DNA of 64,000 bases from a virus (taxonomy: Duplodnaviria > Heunggongvirae > Uroviricota > Caudoviricetes). A program made the translations under genes and the position numbers. The first letter of the stretch is position 1. Each line of letters opens with the position of its first letter. Location of the stretch: the IMG/VR virus record IMGVR_UViG_3300047546_003009; one strand, 5' to 3'. The notes below the pieces were generated by a model. That model searched no databases. It saw nothing but the letters and a program-made list of their open reading frames with translations, and was not told where the DNA came from. Positions 36,551-46,490 of the stretch are shown here, in pieces.

Positions 36551-36703
36551 TTACTCAGATTTATCTTCTGCTTTGATTTGTGGCTGAACCTGAATTTCTA
36601 TTTCTCGGATTACCTGAAACACGGTTTCATAGGGCATTTTACCCATTGATGCCATAATAACGTTGAGTTGATCGAGAGTCAGTTCAAGTTTTAAATTATT
36701 CAT
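36551..36703 (-). CDS. Small helical protein (50 aa; below the ORF-track cutoff)
   Basis: Manual translation MNNLKLELTLDQLNVIMASMGKMPYETVFQVIREIEIQVQPQIKAEDKSE; SD GGAG upstream; fills the gap exactly. Confidence 0.75.
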   Translation of the reverse strand: MNNLKLELTLDQLNVIMASMGKMPYETVFQVIREIEIQVQPQIKAEDKSE

Positions 36704-36723
36704 AATTTACTCCATTAAGTTAA

Positions 36724-37029
36724 TTACCAAGGAAGACCTGAAGCAACTTTTGGTGCTTTTTGATCTTCAATTTGAGCAGCAAGACCAGCTTCAAGATTAG
36801 TAATATATTCTTCACCTAGCTTGTCCTTCACCCACTGTACAACCACCTCTTCTGTAAGATCTTCATAAGGAACAAAATCTTCTTTTGAAGAATCCGGTTC
36901 AAAACTTACACAACCGTAGGCGCTTGCGTTATATTTATCTTCTATTGCAACAACTTGCCAATGTGCATCAATAACACCACCGTCTGATGTGTTTCTCTGC
37001 AGCTGACGAATACTATATTTAATTTCCAT
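36724..37029 (-). CDS. Fibre-associated hypothetical protein
   Basis: FVPYEDLTEEVVVQWVK...AAQIEDQKAP...GLPW, a type commonly found downstream of S74 fibres. Confidence 0.65.
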   Translation of the reverse strand: MEIKYSIRQLQRNTSDGGVIDAHWQVVAIEDKYNASAYGCVSFEPDSSKEDFVPYEDLTEEVVVQWVKDKLGEEYITNLEAGLAAQIEDQKAPKVASGLPW

Positions 37030-37052
37030 TTTAAAAACTCCATTAAAAATAT

Positions 37053-38672
37053 TTATTGTTTAATATTACGTAGTTCAGCAACTTTATTAGTAAGGTCAAT
37101 AACCTGCGCATTAAGTTCTTGAATACACCTCATTAACGCATACTGAAGATCAGTCTGATATACAGATAGTCGCATTTTTGGATTATCATAGCTACCCCAG
37201 TTGTTTTCAACCACAAGTTCCGGAGCTACCTGTTGAACGTCTTGAGCAACAACACCAAGAGTCAGACCAGGGTCATCTTCCATGTTTTGATCAATGTAAT
37301 TGAACGTCTGTACTGGAATTGCACAAATTTTTTGTAGATAACTACCAGCAGGAGCAAAATTTGTTTTTTCGCGACGGTCTGATAAATTGCTGTTATTTCC
37401 CTGATAATTAGCAAGACCACCGTTAGAATTAAAATATGCCCTTCTCGCTGAAACATCCTCCATTATAAGAAACTCTTGTCCACTCGCGTTAGGTGCCTGT
37501 CCCGAGTAATAAATCTGCACCCCATATGTTGATGACGTACTTGCATTAACTAGCTTTCCAATCAATTTTCCTGTAGCACTACCCTCAATCTGTAGTCTTT
37601 GTACATTACCAGAAATAGTTGTTGTTCCTATAAGTAAATCACCTGTTGTTGTAAACGTTGCAGTTGGTGTACCATTTGTAACACTAATCTGCAGTCCGCG
37701 GTACGCTCCTGTAAAACGATAAGATGTAGATAATGTAAAATAGCTTCCATCATACCCAATACCAAGCACTGATTGATCAGCGGAAGCTTCTAACTGTATC
37801 CCAGCAAAAGCTGATGCACTCAATCCTTTAATCGAAAGAGGAGCGCGTGAAAATGAGCCGGAAGTAGAGTCAGTTGTTGTGTTTATTAACCACTCGCCAC
37901 TAGCAGTGAGTCTGACTTTTTCTGAAAATGTACCAGCGTTGTTGGTCCAAAATTGTAAGTTGCCTTTAACGCTAGAAGTTGCTGAAGCTTCTAACCCCGA
38001 AACAATAAAAGCTGATCGCTTTTCTCCTGCTCCACTACCAGCCGATGCAAAACCTACAGTTCCAAGAACAGCCCCACTGATCGTTTGGCCACTTGCCATA
38101 TACATTTCTGGTGTGCCAGTTGCATGATAAACATTGAAAAAAGGACCAGTAGCACCGCTACCATAACCTCCAGGAGAGGAGGTATTAATGCCCAAATTAC
38201 CAGAGCTGTCGAGACGCATCCGCTCTGTCGTTCCACCAGAATAGAACCGTAGTGCACCACTTCCGTTTGTTGCTCCAATGCTCAGTCCACCAGTACCATC
38301 GTGATACACATATGCTTGACCAGCAACTTTCAGTCCGGATGTAGTAAAGCCGGTGCTTGGCAAACCAACGAACAGGGTGGTAGCAGAGTTTTGAACGTAT
38401 AGATAAGAATCTGCTGCGGCACCTGTACTATCATTAGCAACACGCAAATAGCTAGTACCATTTGTGTTTCTATATTGCTCGGTCCCAGCACCGGTAAACG
38501 TCACGGCTCCTGTCGCACTCAACGTCCCAGCAACAGTCAAAGCCGACCCCGGTGCCGTATTTCCTATGCCAACTCGACCATTGACAGCATCGATGAAAAG
38601 TGTTCCACCATCAAACGATGCGTTTGCTGACTGTTCGCTGAGAAAAGATGAGAGTGTTCTGTTAATTGTCAT
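37053..38672 (-). CDS. Tail fibre with C-terminal Peptidase_S74 intramolecular chaperone
   Basis: Repeated GRVGIG/ERMRLDSSGNLGI units; SDRREKTN cleavage motif, LGVVAQDV, C-terminal coiled coil. Confidence 0.85.
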   Translation of the reverse strand: MTINRTLSSFLSEQSANASFDGGTLFIDAVNGRVGIGNTAPGSALTVAGTLSATGAVTFTGAGTEQYRNTNGTSYLRVANDSTGAAADSYLYVQNSATTLFVGLPSTGFTTSGLKVAGQAYVYHDGTGGLSIGATNGSGALRFYSGGTTERMRLDSSGNLGINTSSPGGYGSGATGPFFNVYHATGTPEMYMASGQTISGAVLGTVGFASAGSGAGEKRSAFIVSGLEASATSSVKGNLQFWTNNAGTFSEKVRLTASGEWLINTTTDSTSGSFSRAPLSIKGLSASAFAGIQLEASADQSVLGIGYDGSYFTLSTSYRFTGAYRGLQISVTNGTPTATFTTTGDLLIGTTTISGNVQRLQIEGSATGKLIGKLVNASTSSTYGVQIYYSGQAPNASGQEFLIMEDVSARRAYFNSNGGLANYQGNNSNLSDRREKTNFAPAGSYLQKICAIPVQTFNYIDQNMEDDPGLTLGVVAQDVQQVAPELVVENNWGSYDNPKMRLSVYQTDLQYALMRCIQELNAQVIDLTNKVAELRNIKQ

Positions 38673-39502
38673 TTAGTAGCCTCCAGTGCGGCGACTTTGG
38701 CGTTGAGTTCTTTGATTGAAGCCACGAGCAGCGGGATCACATCGGTGTATGCAAGGCCGAGCGTGCCATCAGCATCGTCTGCAACGTCTACTGCTTCAGG
38801 AAGAACCTGTTGCACTTCTTGAGCGATTAAAAATGCCCGCCGTTTCTCGTCCCAAACATATCTTCCGGTAACAGCGCTCAGGCTTGAAACCTTAACAAGC
38901 GCGTCCGTAATCGGAACGAGGTCAGTCTTTTGCCGTTTGTCCGAAATAGCTGTCCACGACGTAGCGCCATCGGAAAGATACACGCCACCCGACGCACCAC
39001 ACCGGACTTGAGCTTGGGAAACGGTCGTAATGTGACCAAAAAATGCGCCTTTTGCGCCTGCCGCAGACGAATCGCACAGCAGCGTTGCCCCGTTGGGTGA
39101 ATCCGCTGCGATAAGAATATTTGCATTCGCGCCGCCAACTTTTAGAGCGTAACCAGCGGTGCTGCTCGTCGTCCCCACTAACAAGCCGGTGCTGCTGGTG
39201 GTTGTAACCGTTACACCGTTAACTTGCTTGTAATGATTCTGACCAGTTGCAACGTTATGATATATATGACCTTGATCGGTACTACCAAACGTCAATACGT
39301 TTCCAGCATCAATACTAAGAAGATTAAGGTCGACGGTGTTTACCGAATTACGATACTTGATACTCTGACCAACTTTAAGACGAAGTTCGCCGGCCGATGC
39401 AACAGCAGATCCGATGGACAACGATGTAGTTAGCGAAGCACTAGTAAAACTAAGATTGGCTGCCGTGTCTATATTGGATGCTTTGACTAGAGTAAATGCC
39501 AT
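38669..39502 (-). CDS. Short fibre/spike with C-terminal Peptidase_S74 chaperone
   Basis: SDKRQKT, FLIAQEVQQVLPEAV, YTDVIPLLVASIKEL. Confidence 0.85.
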   Translation of the reverse strand: MAFTLVKASNIDTAANLSFTSASLTTSLSIGSAVASAGELRLKVGQSIKYRNSVNTVDLNLLSIDAGNVLTFGSTDQGHIYHNVATGQNHYKQVNGVTVTTTSSTGLLVGTTSSTAGYALKVGGANANILIAADSPNGATLLCDSSAAGAKGAFFGHITTVSQAQVRCGASGGVYLSDGATSWTAISDKRQKTDLVPITDALVKVSSLSAVTGRYVWDEKRRAFLIAQEVQQVLPEAVDVADDADGTLGLAYTDVIPLLVASIKELNAKVAALEATK

Positions 39503-42500
39503 TATACGTTCACCACTGTTCTAATTGTTTTAATTGTAGAATTAGCAGCTGTTGGTGAGATGAGAAGTCTTACGTTACCACCACTCACGTCCACATCAAA
39601 ACTCGCTAACGATGAGTTTGAATACACTTCACCGTAGGTCGAAATAAATGCCGCCGATCCATTATGTACAACAGTAGCTTCTGCCGCGTAGTACTGACTG
39701 TTTGTGTTGTCAGTTACCTGTATAAAATATTTAGCGGATCTGTAGGTTGTTGCTGAGAACTGATCACAAACCTGCTGCGATGTGTTTGATGTTGTTGCTG
39801 TGTTTGATTTAGCGTTACCATGAGTGAACGAAACATCACCCTCAGTTATGTAGAACTTGCCAAACGATTGGATTTCAACAATATCATTATTAGCTGCTGC
39901 CACTGCTAGAACAACAGTGTTACCTGTTGTTGCGGTATAATCAGCATTAGCAAGCTTAACACCGTTTACGTAAACTACTTCATAAGCCGGTGTGTAAGAC
40001 AGTGTGTTATTATAAGCATCAGCACCACTAAACGTTGTTTGATTGTTTGAAGCTGTATACTGAAAACGTCTATACTCAGCAACTGTACCTTGAGTTGACG
40101 AGATTGCTTGATATCGAACCTCAATCAAATCGTTGTTTGCTGGTGCAGAAGTAAACGTCAGTGTTGAGCTAGAAACAGAATAAACAGTGGTTGGCTGCTG
40201 GACAACACCATTAATTGTAACAATTGCACTATTGGTAGATGTTGACTGGCTTAGTGTATATACCGTGTTTGAACCATTGCCTGTATACTGATTATAGTAG
40301 TCGTAAAGAGTTACGACTGTACCGTTGGCCCAGTATATCGCAGATCCATTTGAAACAAGTATTTGACCGTTTGAACCAACACTACCGTTTGCAGAAATTG
40401 CAGAAACGGTCAGTGTGTTAGCAATCGTTACATTGTTTGTTGTTTTGTTAAACACGAACCCAGCGGTACCACCTATTGCACCAGAGTCATTAAACTGAAT
40501 GTTGGTGTTTGAACCACCAGGCGATGCGACAACTGATCCCCAATATGCATTTGTGCTAGCCCCACCAGAAACAAGAGCATAGCCAGCTGTTCCTGTTGAT
40601 CCATTAGCTGAAACAATACCACCAAGCGTTAGCTGTGTTGATGTTATTGTTGTATTACCAATAGCATGTGCTGTTGCATTAACTAGTGAATTTGCTCCAA
40701 CATACACGCCCAACGTGTTTGCTGTAGTAGTTGCTGTAGAATTAGCAACCACAAACGAGGTTGCTGTGTGGGTAGCATTAACTGTGGAGTTACCAACGTT
40801 AATCGTTGTTGTGCTAAGGTTTACATTGGCACCAACATTAACAGCCGTTGTTATGTTAGCCGTAGCTGGTAGACGAGCAGTGTTAAGAGTACCAGAATTA
40901 ATGTTTGTTGCATTGGTATAATAAGAACCAATCTCACCGTTGAAGTAATTTGCATTGTTTGCTGTCAACGTTGCAACATTAGCAGCTAATCCAGCTGTTG
41001 TTTGATAGTTGGCTAGATTATTGGTAAGGTTTGTCGATGTAACATAATTTGCTAAGTTAGATGATAGCTGTGCGTTTGATACAACGTTAACGGCAGAAAC
41101 ACTTCCTACAAACAATGTGTTGTTAGATGTTCCTGTATAATTTGTAGCGTTTACTGTAGCAGTTCCAATAGTCAGCACAGTAGATGAAAGCGCAGAATTA
41201 ACACTATCGTTACCAACAGAGACAAGAGATGAAACTGCAAGTGTGTTGGAAGTTAAACTCTCACCCACGACAGCACTATTTTGAACACTGAAATTACCAC
41301 CAATAGATATGTAATTTGGTGCTATAGTTGTACTTGATATTTCATTGAGTAAAGATAATGACGATGAGTTAATTGTTATGTTGGCTAACTGATCACCAAA
41401 TTCTATAGAACCTGTGCGAACAGATGACGGTGTTAAGTATGTGAATACCGAACTGTTACCAAGTGACATAAACGTAGCGTTTGCAAACATATTGTTTGCA
41501 TCAGCCATAATTAAAGCATCAAAACCTTCCAACTCAGAAATATACAGACCGTTACCACTTAGCTGCGTTTCTAAGAAGCTACCTTGCTTACGAAGCTTCA
41601 CACCTCTAGGCTCTATAATACAACTGTCCGTTCTATTTCCACCAACAAACACATAACCCGGTGTTATTGTCGTTTCTGTTTTTGAATTTGCAACAGAAAT
41701 TTTTGTTGGTATTGAATATGAAATGTTTGCAGATGCAGGACTTGTTGTTACAACTGCTGGGCGTACAACCCTGCTGTTTCCTGTTAGAGTAATATCAAAA
41801 CTAGTACCAAGCGTAAGATTAACTGTGGCCGCAGAGGACATATTTACAAAGCTGGACGACGACCCCACAGCAGAAACAGCAGTTTTAATATTCTGATTCC
41901 ACAATTCTATCTTTATTGTGTTTGAATCAACAAACGAAACAATTCTAAACGTTCCATTGAGAGACGTTACTGGTCCCGTACCACCAGGTTGCCATGATGC
42001 ATATGTACCTTGCACGCCAGATATTGTTATTGAGTTACCTGGTTGGCCAAACGCGTCTTTAATCTGCTGCTGAAAGCTTGGTGTAAGTCCTGTAAGTCTT
42101 ATATTTGCATAGTAAGACTTGGGAGTAGAAGTGCTGCTCGCACCTATTGCTTCAGTGTAAAATGTTGGGTTTCGATTTGTTAAGTTAAGTTTGGGACGTG
42201 TTACTGTAAATTGTGTTGAAGATGGTTTTGCAGATACCGTATAAGTGCCGTTAAAACGTGCGTCACTACACAACTGTACAAGTGCTGTATCTCCAACCTC
42301 AAGACCGTGTACAGCTGCTGATGTAAAAGTGCAAGTACCACTAGTTGTGTTTACTGAAGCAGAAGTAAGACCCACTGTCATGGTGCTTATAGCAAACTTG
42401 ATTTGATTTGCCGTTGGTAATTCGGTTACATTAAAAGTAAGATCATCAATGTAATCTTTGCCCGTACCAGTAACAGTTACAACCGTACCTGAAGGAGGTA

Positions 42501-43344
42501 CATATCGAGGTGTTCCACTTCCAAGATCAACTATTGGTATATTATGATCTGTTGATGTTTGTAGGGTTACCACACCAACACTTGATACGTTATATGTGGC
42601 AATTCCTTTTGTTGACACTGTTGGTGTGAGCACAACAACAGCATTTACCGTCGAGTTACCCACAAAAATAGAGTTTGCTGTTATTGCCGAATTACCACTG
42701 GAGTTACCAACAAAAAGTAATCCAGGATTAATTGTTGAGTTACTCGTTGAGTTAGAAACAGATATTGATGTAGGATTTAAAACGCTGTTAACTGTAGAGT
42801 TAGCAACAGAAATTGACAACGGTGTAATTGTCGAGTTACCTTGAGTATTAGCAACAACAATTACTGTTGTGTTAACGGTAGCGTTAGTTGATCCGTTACC
42901 CGAAAAGATAGCTGTAGCATTAATACTTGTGTTAACTGTCGAATTACCAACACTAATACCCTGGTTAATTGTAATAGAGTTAGCTTCAAACGTATTCGAA
43001 GAAATATTATTTGAACTAATTGTATTAGCAAAAAGAGACTCTACGTCAAAGTTTGTAGCAGCAGCGTTACCAGACCAGTAAACATTACCACCTGATCCTG
43101 CAGATGTTAAAATTTGTCCGGCAGTACCTTGGCCACCATTTGCGGTGATTGTTGTAGCAACCTGCAAACTTGTAAGGTTAGAACCAATCTCAAACGAAGA
43201 GGTGCCGTTAGACGAAAATAATTTTCTGTCTGTGAGATTAAGTGCTAGTTCACCCGTATCGATGAATGCACCGTTACCAGAATTGGTAGTATTTGGCGTA
43301 CGACCAGAAACGGCTGTACGCTTTATTTGAAATTTATTTGCCAT
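39502..43344 (-). CDS. Long tail fibre-like virion protein (1280 aa)
   Basis: QIKR..GELALN N-terminus, VGNSTVN beta repeats, HGLxxGD barrel repeats, C-terminal TYRSAKYFIQV domain. Confidence 0.75.
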   Translation of the reverse strand: MANKFQIKRTAVSGRTPNTTNSGNGAFIDTGELALNLTDRKLFSSNGTSSFEIGSNLTSLQVATTITANGGQGTAGQILTSAGSGGNVYWSGNAAATNFDVESLFANTISSNNISSNTFEANSITINQGISVGNSTVNTSINATAIFSGNGSTNATVNTTVIVVANTQGNSTITPLSISVANSTVNSVLNPTSISVSNSTSNSTINPGLLFVGNSSGNSAITANSIFVGNSTVNAVVVLTPTVSTKGIATYNVSSVGVVTLQTSTDHNIPIVDLGSGTPRYVPPSGTVVTVTGTGKDYIDDLTFNVTELPTANQIKFAISTMTVGLTSASVNTTSGTCTFTSAAVHGLEVGDTALVQLCSDARFNGTYTVSAKPSSTQFTVTRPKLNLTNRNPTFYTEAIGASSTSTPKSYYANIRLTGLTPSFQQQIKDAFGQPGNSITISGVQGTYASWQPGGTGPVTSLNGTFRIVSFVDSNTIKIELWNQNIKTAVSAVGSSSSFVNMSSAATVNLTLGTSFDITLTGNSRVVRPAVVTTSPASANISYSIPTKISVANSKTETTITPGYVFVGGNRTDSCIIEPRGVKLRKQGSFLETQLSGNGLYISELEGFDALIMADANNMFANATFMSLGNSSVFTYLTPSSVRTGSIEFGDQLANITINSSSLSLLNEISSTTIAPNYISIGGNFSVQNSAVVGESLTSNTLAVSSLVSVGNDSVNSALSSTVLTIGTATVNATNYTGTSNNTLFVGSVSAVNVVSNAQLSSNLANYVTSTNLTNNLANYQTTAGLAANVATLTANNANYFNGEIGSYYTNATNINSGTLNTARLPATANITTAVNVGANVNLSTTTINVGNSTVNATHTATSFVVANSTATTTANTLGVYVGANSLVNATAHAIGNTTITSTQLTLGGIVSANGSTGTAGYALVSGGASTNAYWGSVVASPGGSNTNIQFNDSGAIGGTAGFVFNKTTNNVTIANTLTVSAISANGSVGSNGQILVSNGSAIYWANGTVVTLYDYYNQYTGNGSNTVYTLSQSTSTNSAIVTINGVVQQPTTVYSVSSSTLTFTSAPANNDLIEVRYQAISSTQGTVAEYRRFQYTASNNQTTFSGADAYNNTLSYTPAYEVVYVNGVKLANADYTATTGNTVVLAVAAANNDIVEIQSFGKFYITEGDVSFTHGNAKSNTATTSNTSQQVCDQFSATTYRSAKYFIQVTDNTNSQYYAAEATVVHNGSAAFISTYGEVYSNSSLASFDVDVSGGNVRLLISPTAANSTIKTIRTVVNV

Positions 43345-43368
43345 ATGGCCCCTCTACTCTAGTATATA

Positions 43369-43569
43369 CTAGAAGGTTTCTTGTTGTGGTTCTTTCTTCT
43401 TACTTTTTGCAAACTTTGACTGCAAATCTTCAAGCTCAGTTTTCATTCTCTCATATTGCCTTTGAAGAAATTCGTGCTGAGCTTGAAGTAGTATTTTAGT
43501 CTTTTGCAACTCACTCATTTCCAAAATCAACTTTTCTACATAGATATTAATCATTTCAGGATTTGACAT
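43369..43569 (-). CDS. Small coiled-coil protein (possible fibre chaperone)
   Basis: Heptad pattern; between two fibre genes. Confidence 0.6.
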   Translation of the reverse strand: MSNPEMINIYVEKLILEMSELQKTKILLQAQHEFLQRQYERMKTELEDLQSKFAKSKKKEPQQETF

Positions 43570-43572
43570 AAT

Positions 43573-45621
43573 TTAGAACGTGCCTCCATCAAGTGTGCCA
43601 TAAGCAACAACACCACCACTTACTTGCAGCACGTACCCTTCAGAACCAACAGCTAGCTTTCTAAATCCGTTGGATGAGTTAGCAACAAGGATGTCTTCAG
43701 CTGTATACGATGAGTAACCAGTACCACCACTTGTTCCACCAAGTGCTGAGCTCAATGTCAGTGTGTTTGCAACAATCGCAACATTAACTGTTGAATTTGC
43801 TGTAATAGCAACAACAGATGAGTTTGTTGCAAGACCACCAGAACGTAAATATGTGTATGTTGTTGCTAGCTGGAACGAAGCATCATTGATATCGATGACG
43901 TTTGTTGTTGGTTCTTCATCATAATTCTTGAAGATGTAGAAGCTGTCATCAGCAGCGTGACGAATAACACCAGCGTGACGATTTGTTGCACCATCATAGT
44001 AGTTACCAACAAAACCAATATCAACAAGATCGCTGGAATAGTTATTCCCAGCAAGATATATCATCGGATCAGAAATTGTAACGCTATTAACGTTTGTCGT
44101 TGTTACGTTGCCTGTAACAACAAGATCGCCCGCAACTTGAACACTACCTTCAAAATAACCAGTTACTGAGTGAACATTAGAAACATGAATCTGGTTCCAT
44201 CTGACAGTATTGTTACCAATGCCGTATGTTACATTGGCAGAAGGCATCAGATCACTGTTGATCTGTGCATTAAATGTCACACGGTCACTTGCATTATCAC
44301 CAAGAGTTGTGTTTGCGTTTACAACAAGGTTGTTGTTTACTGTTGCTTGACCATTGATAACAACTGTATTTGAGAACGTGGCTGTATTAAGTACGGCTAA
44401 CGTACCATCTGTATCAATACCTGTTCCTGTAATTACAGTGTTAACAGACGAATTACCAACTCTAATATCACTCGTAGAAAGATTTACGTTTGCACCAACA
44501 TTCAACACACTTGAAACGTTTGCAGTTCCAGTTACGTTGAGGTTATTATTGGCAGTTGTAAGACCGTTAATTACAACACTGTTAGAAAATAACGATGCTG
44601 TGTTAACCTGGATGCCACCGGAAACAAGAAGATCACCTGAAGAAGTTGAGAGTACAGTATTACCAATTGTTAACGTCGTACCACTCAAGAACAAATCTTT
44701 GAATCTATTGGTAGTGTTACCCAAACTATAGGTAACGTTAGCACTTGGAATTATATCGCCAGTTATGTTAACGTTGTTACCAAGAGTTGTAACACCTGAT
44801 ACGTTCAACGTACCATTGACACTTGCTGAACTGCCCGTTATAATCGTGTTAACTGTTGAATTGCCAACTCTGATTTCTGTTGTCGACAACTTTACATTAG
44901 CACCAACATTTACTGCAGTTGCAACGTTAACTGTGGCAGGAAGTCTTGCAGTGTCCAGTGTTCCTGATGTAATATTTGTTGCGTTTGTGTAGTAAGATGC
45001 TGGCTGGCCATCAAAATACGTAGCGTTGTTAGCGCTGGTGGCACTATTTGCATTTCCACTAAATGCCGTCGAATTTAGTGTTCCCGAACCAACTGTAATT
45101 GTATTAGCAACAAAAAGCGTGTTGGTTGCTTTATCAAACGTAAAACCAGCTGTAGCACCAAGACTGCCTGAATCATTAAACTGTATCTGTGTATTAGAGC
45201 CAGATACGGTTACTGCCGCTGTCGTGTTTGCCCAATAAACTATTGTGCCGTTTGATGTTAAAACCTGGCCACTGGTTCCAACTGAACCGTTTGCACTAAT
45301 ACCACCAGTCAACGTTAGATTATTTGTTGACAGTGATGTCGAGTTAATAACAGTATTGACAGTTGTATTACCAAACTTCAATACGTCAATAAAATTACCA
45401 CTATCTGTAATAATAACAGCATTAGCAGAAACTGTTCCGGGTGTAGCTGAATGAACGTGTCCGTATTTTGCACCACCAATTCGTGTTACTGCACCACCGT
45501 TTGGGTTACCAATGAACAACGAATCTGATTGTGTATTACCAGAATAAGCTAGTTCACCATTTGCTAATGATCCTGGTTGTGTTGCTGTTATGGCTCTTTT
45601 TATCTGAATTAAATTGGCCAT
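43573..45621 (-). CDS. Tail fibre-like virion protein (682 aa)
   Basis: IQIKR..GELAY N-terminus, N/S/T-rich beta repeats, ends LDGGTF. Confidence 0.75.
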   Translation of the reverse strand: MANLIQIKRAITATQPGSLANGELAYSGNTQSDSLFIGNPNGGAVTRIGGAKYGHVHSATPGTVSANAVIITDSGNFIDVLKFGNTTVNTVINSTSLSTNNLTLTGGISANGSVGTSGQVLTSNGTIVYWANTTAAVTVSGSNTQIQFNDSGSLGATAGFTFDKATNTLFVANTITVGSGTLNSTAFSGNANSATSANNATYFDGQPASYYTNATNITSGTLDTARLPATVNVATAVNVGANVKLSTTEIRVGNSTVNTIITGSSASVNGTLNVSGVTTLGNNVNITGDIIPSANVTYSLGNTTNRFKDLFLSGTTLTIGNTVLSTSSGDLLVSGGIQVNTASLFSNSVVINGLTTANNNLNVTGTANVSSVLNVGANVNLSTSDIRVGNSSVNTVITGTGIDTDGTLAVLNTATFSNTVVINGQATVNNNLVVNANTTLGDNASDRVTFNAQINSDLMPSANVTYGIGNNTVRWNQIHVSNVHSVTGYFEGSVQVAGDLVVTGNVTTTNVNSVTISDPMIYLAGNNYSSDLVDIGFVGNYYDGATNRHAGVIRHAADDSFYIFKNYDEEPTTNVIDINDASFQLATTYTYLRSGGLATNSSVVAITANSTVNVAIVANTLTLSSALGGTSGGTGYSSYTAEDILVANSSNGFRKLAVGSEGYVLQVSGGVVAYGTLDGGTF

Positions 45622-45882
45622 TTAAAATGATCCCCCGTCTAAGTTTACTGCCAGTTGTGTCAAATCTAAAGGTTGCACAACATATTTATCATTTGTACTG
45701 TTGTATACTAGAATAGAACCATTTGCTTCGTTTGTAGCATCAACATCTAGACACTGATCGAGACGAGTTATGACGGTTGTGTTACGTAGCGTAACAGGCT
45801 CATTTGATTGCAGTGAACCAGCATCTGTAAGCTTTGTTACGACGCGAGGTCCTGTTCTTCCTACAACTGCTTTTAAAGCCAT
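45622..45882 (-). CDS. Small virion-associated protein
   Basis: RLDQCLDVD...NGSILVYN...LDGGSF. Confidence 0.6.
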   Translation of the reverse strand: MALKAVVGRTGPRVVTKLTDAGSLQSNEPVTLRNTTVITRLDQCLDVDATNEANGSILVYNSTNDKYVVQPLDLTQLAVNLDGGSF

Positions 45883-45884
45883 TT

Positions 45885-46214
45885 TTATCTCGTTACATTA
45901 GGTGTTACAGTTACGATACCCTCTAAAATCCTTGAAACGACATTAGAGCTTGATGTGATTTCTACATCATATACATAGCGTCCAGCTGTTAGATTTGCTG
46001 TCTGTCCTGCTGTTAGTGCTAATGTTACCACACCTGCATTTGCATCTAAAGAAACACTGAACGATGTAGCATTGGATGATGTATAGTGCTTTCTCATCTG
46101 AGCAGCACCGGTATGACCAGTTAAATCATAGATGTTGTCGTTATCATCGGTTATAGTAACAGAGGTTGAGTATGTCGCTCCCTGATCTATTACTAAATTA
46201 GCTTTTGTTGCCAT
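45885..46214 (-). CDS. Conserved T4-like virion structural protein (Ig-like)
   Basis: IDQGATY, DLTGHT..AQMRK, GRYVYDVEI, RILEGIVTVTP.VT. Confidence 0.75.
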   Translation of the reverse strand: MATKANLVIDQGATYSTSVTITDDNDNIYDLTGHTGAAQMRKHYTSSNATSFSVSLDANAGVVTLALTAGQTANLTAGRYVYDVEITSSSNVVSRILEGIVTVTPNVTR

Positions 46215-46225
46215 ATCCTTCCTAT

Positions 46226-46480
46226 TTAGGTATTAGCTGTTGCCGTGTTGGATACAGATGTGTTTGCTGGTGGAGGTGGAATGAACTCCGTAAGCTCACC
46301 AGAATAGTTACCCACAAGAATCTGCTGATATACATATTGGCCGGTAGCTGCTCTGTCACTTGCCCGCGCGACAAATTTTACAGTTTCAGTAACGCCATCT
46401 ACTGCAAGGTCAATGTCACAAATATATGCTGTTGGTGTTTCATTTGTAAAATACTGTACATTTCTAATATTGCTTATCAT
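46226..46480 (-). CDS. Hypothetical protein (possible fibre chaperone)
   Basis: Directly downstream of the collagen fibre gene. Confidence 0.55.
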   Translation of the reverse strand: MISNIRNVQYFTNETPTAYICDIDLAVDGVTETVKFVARASDRAATGQYVYQQILVGNYSGELTEFIPPPPANTSVSNTATANT

Positions 46481-46490
46481 AAGAACTCCA

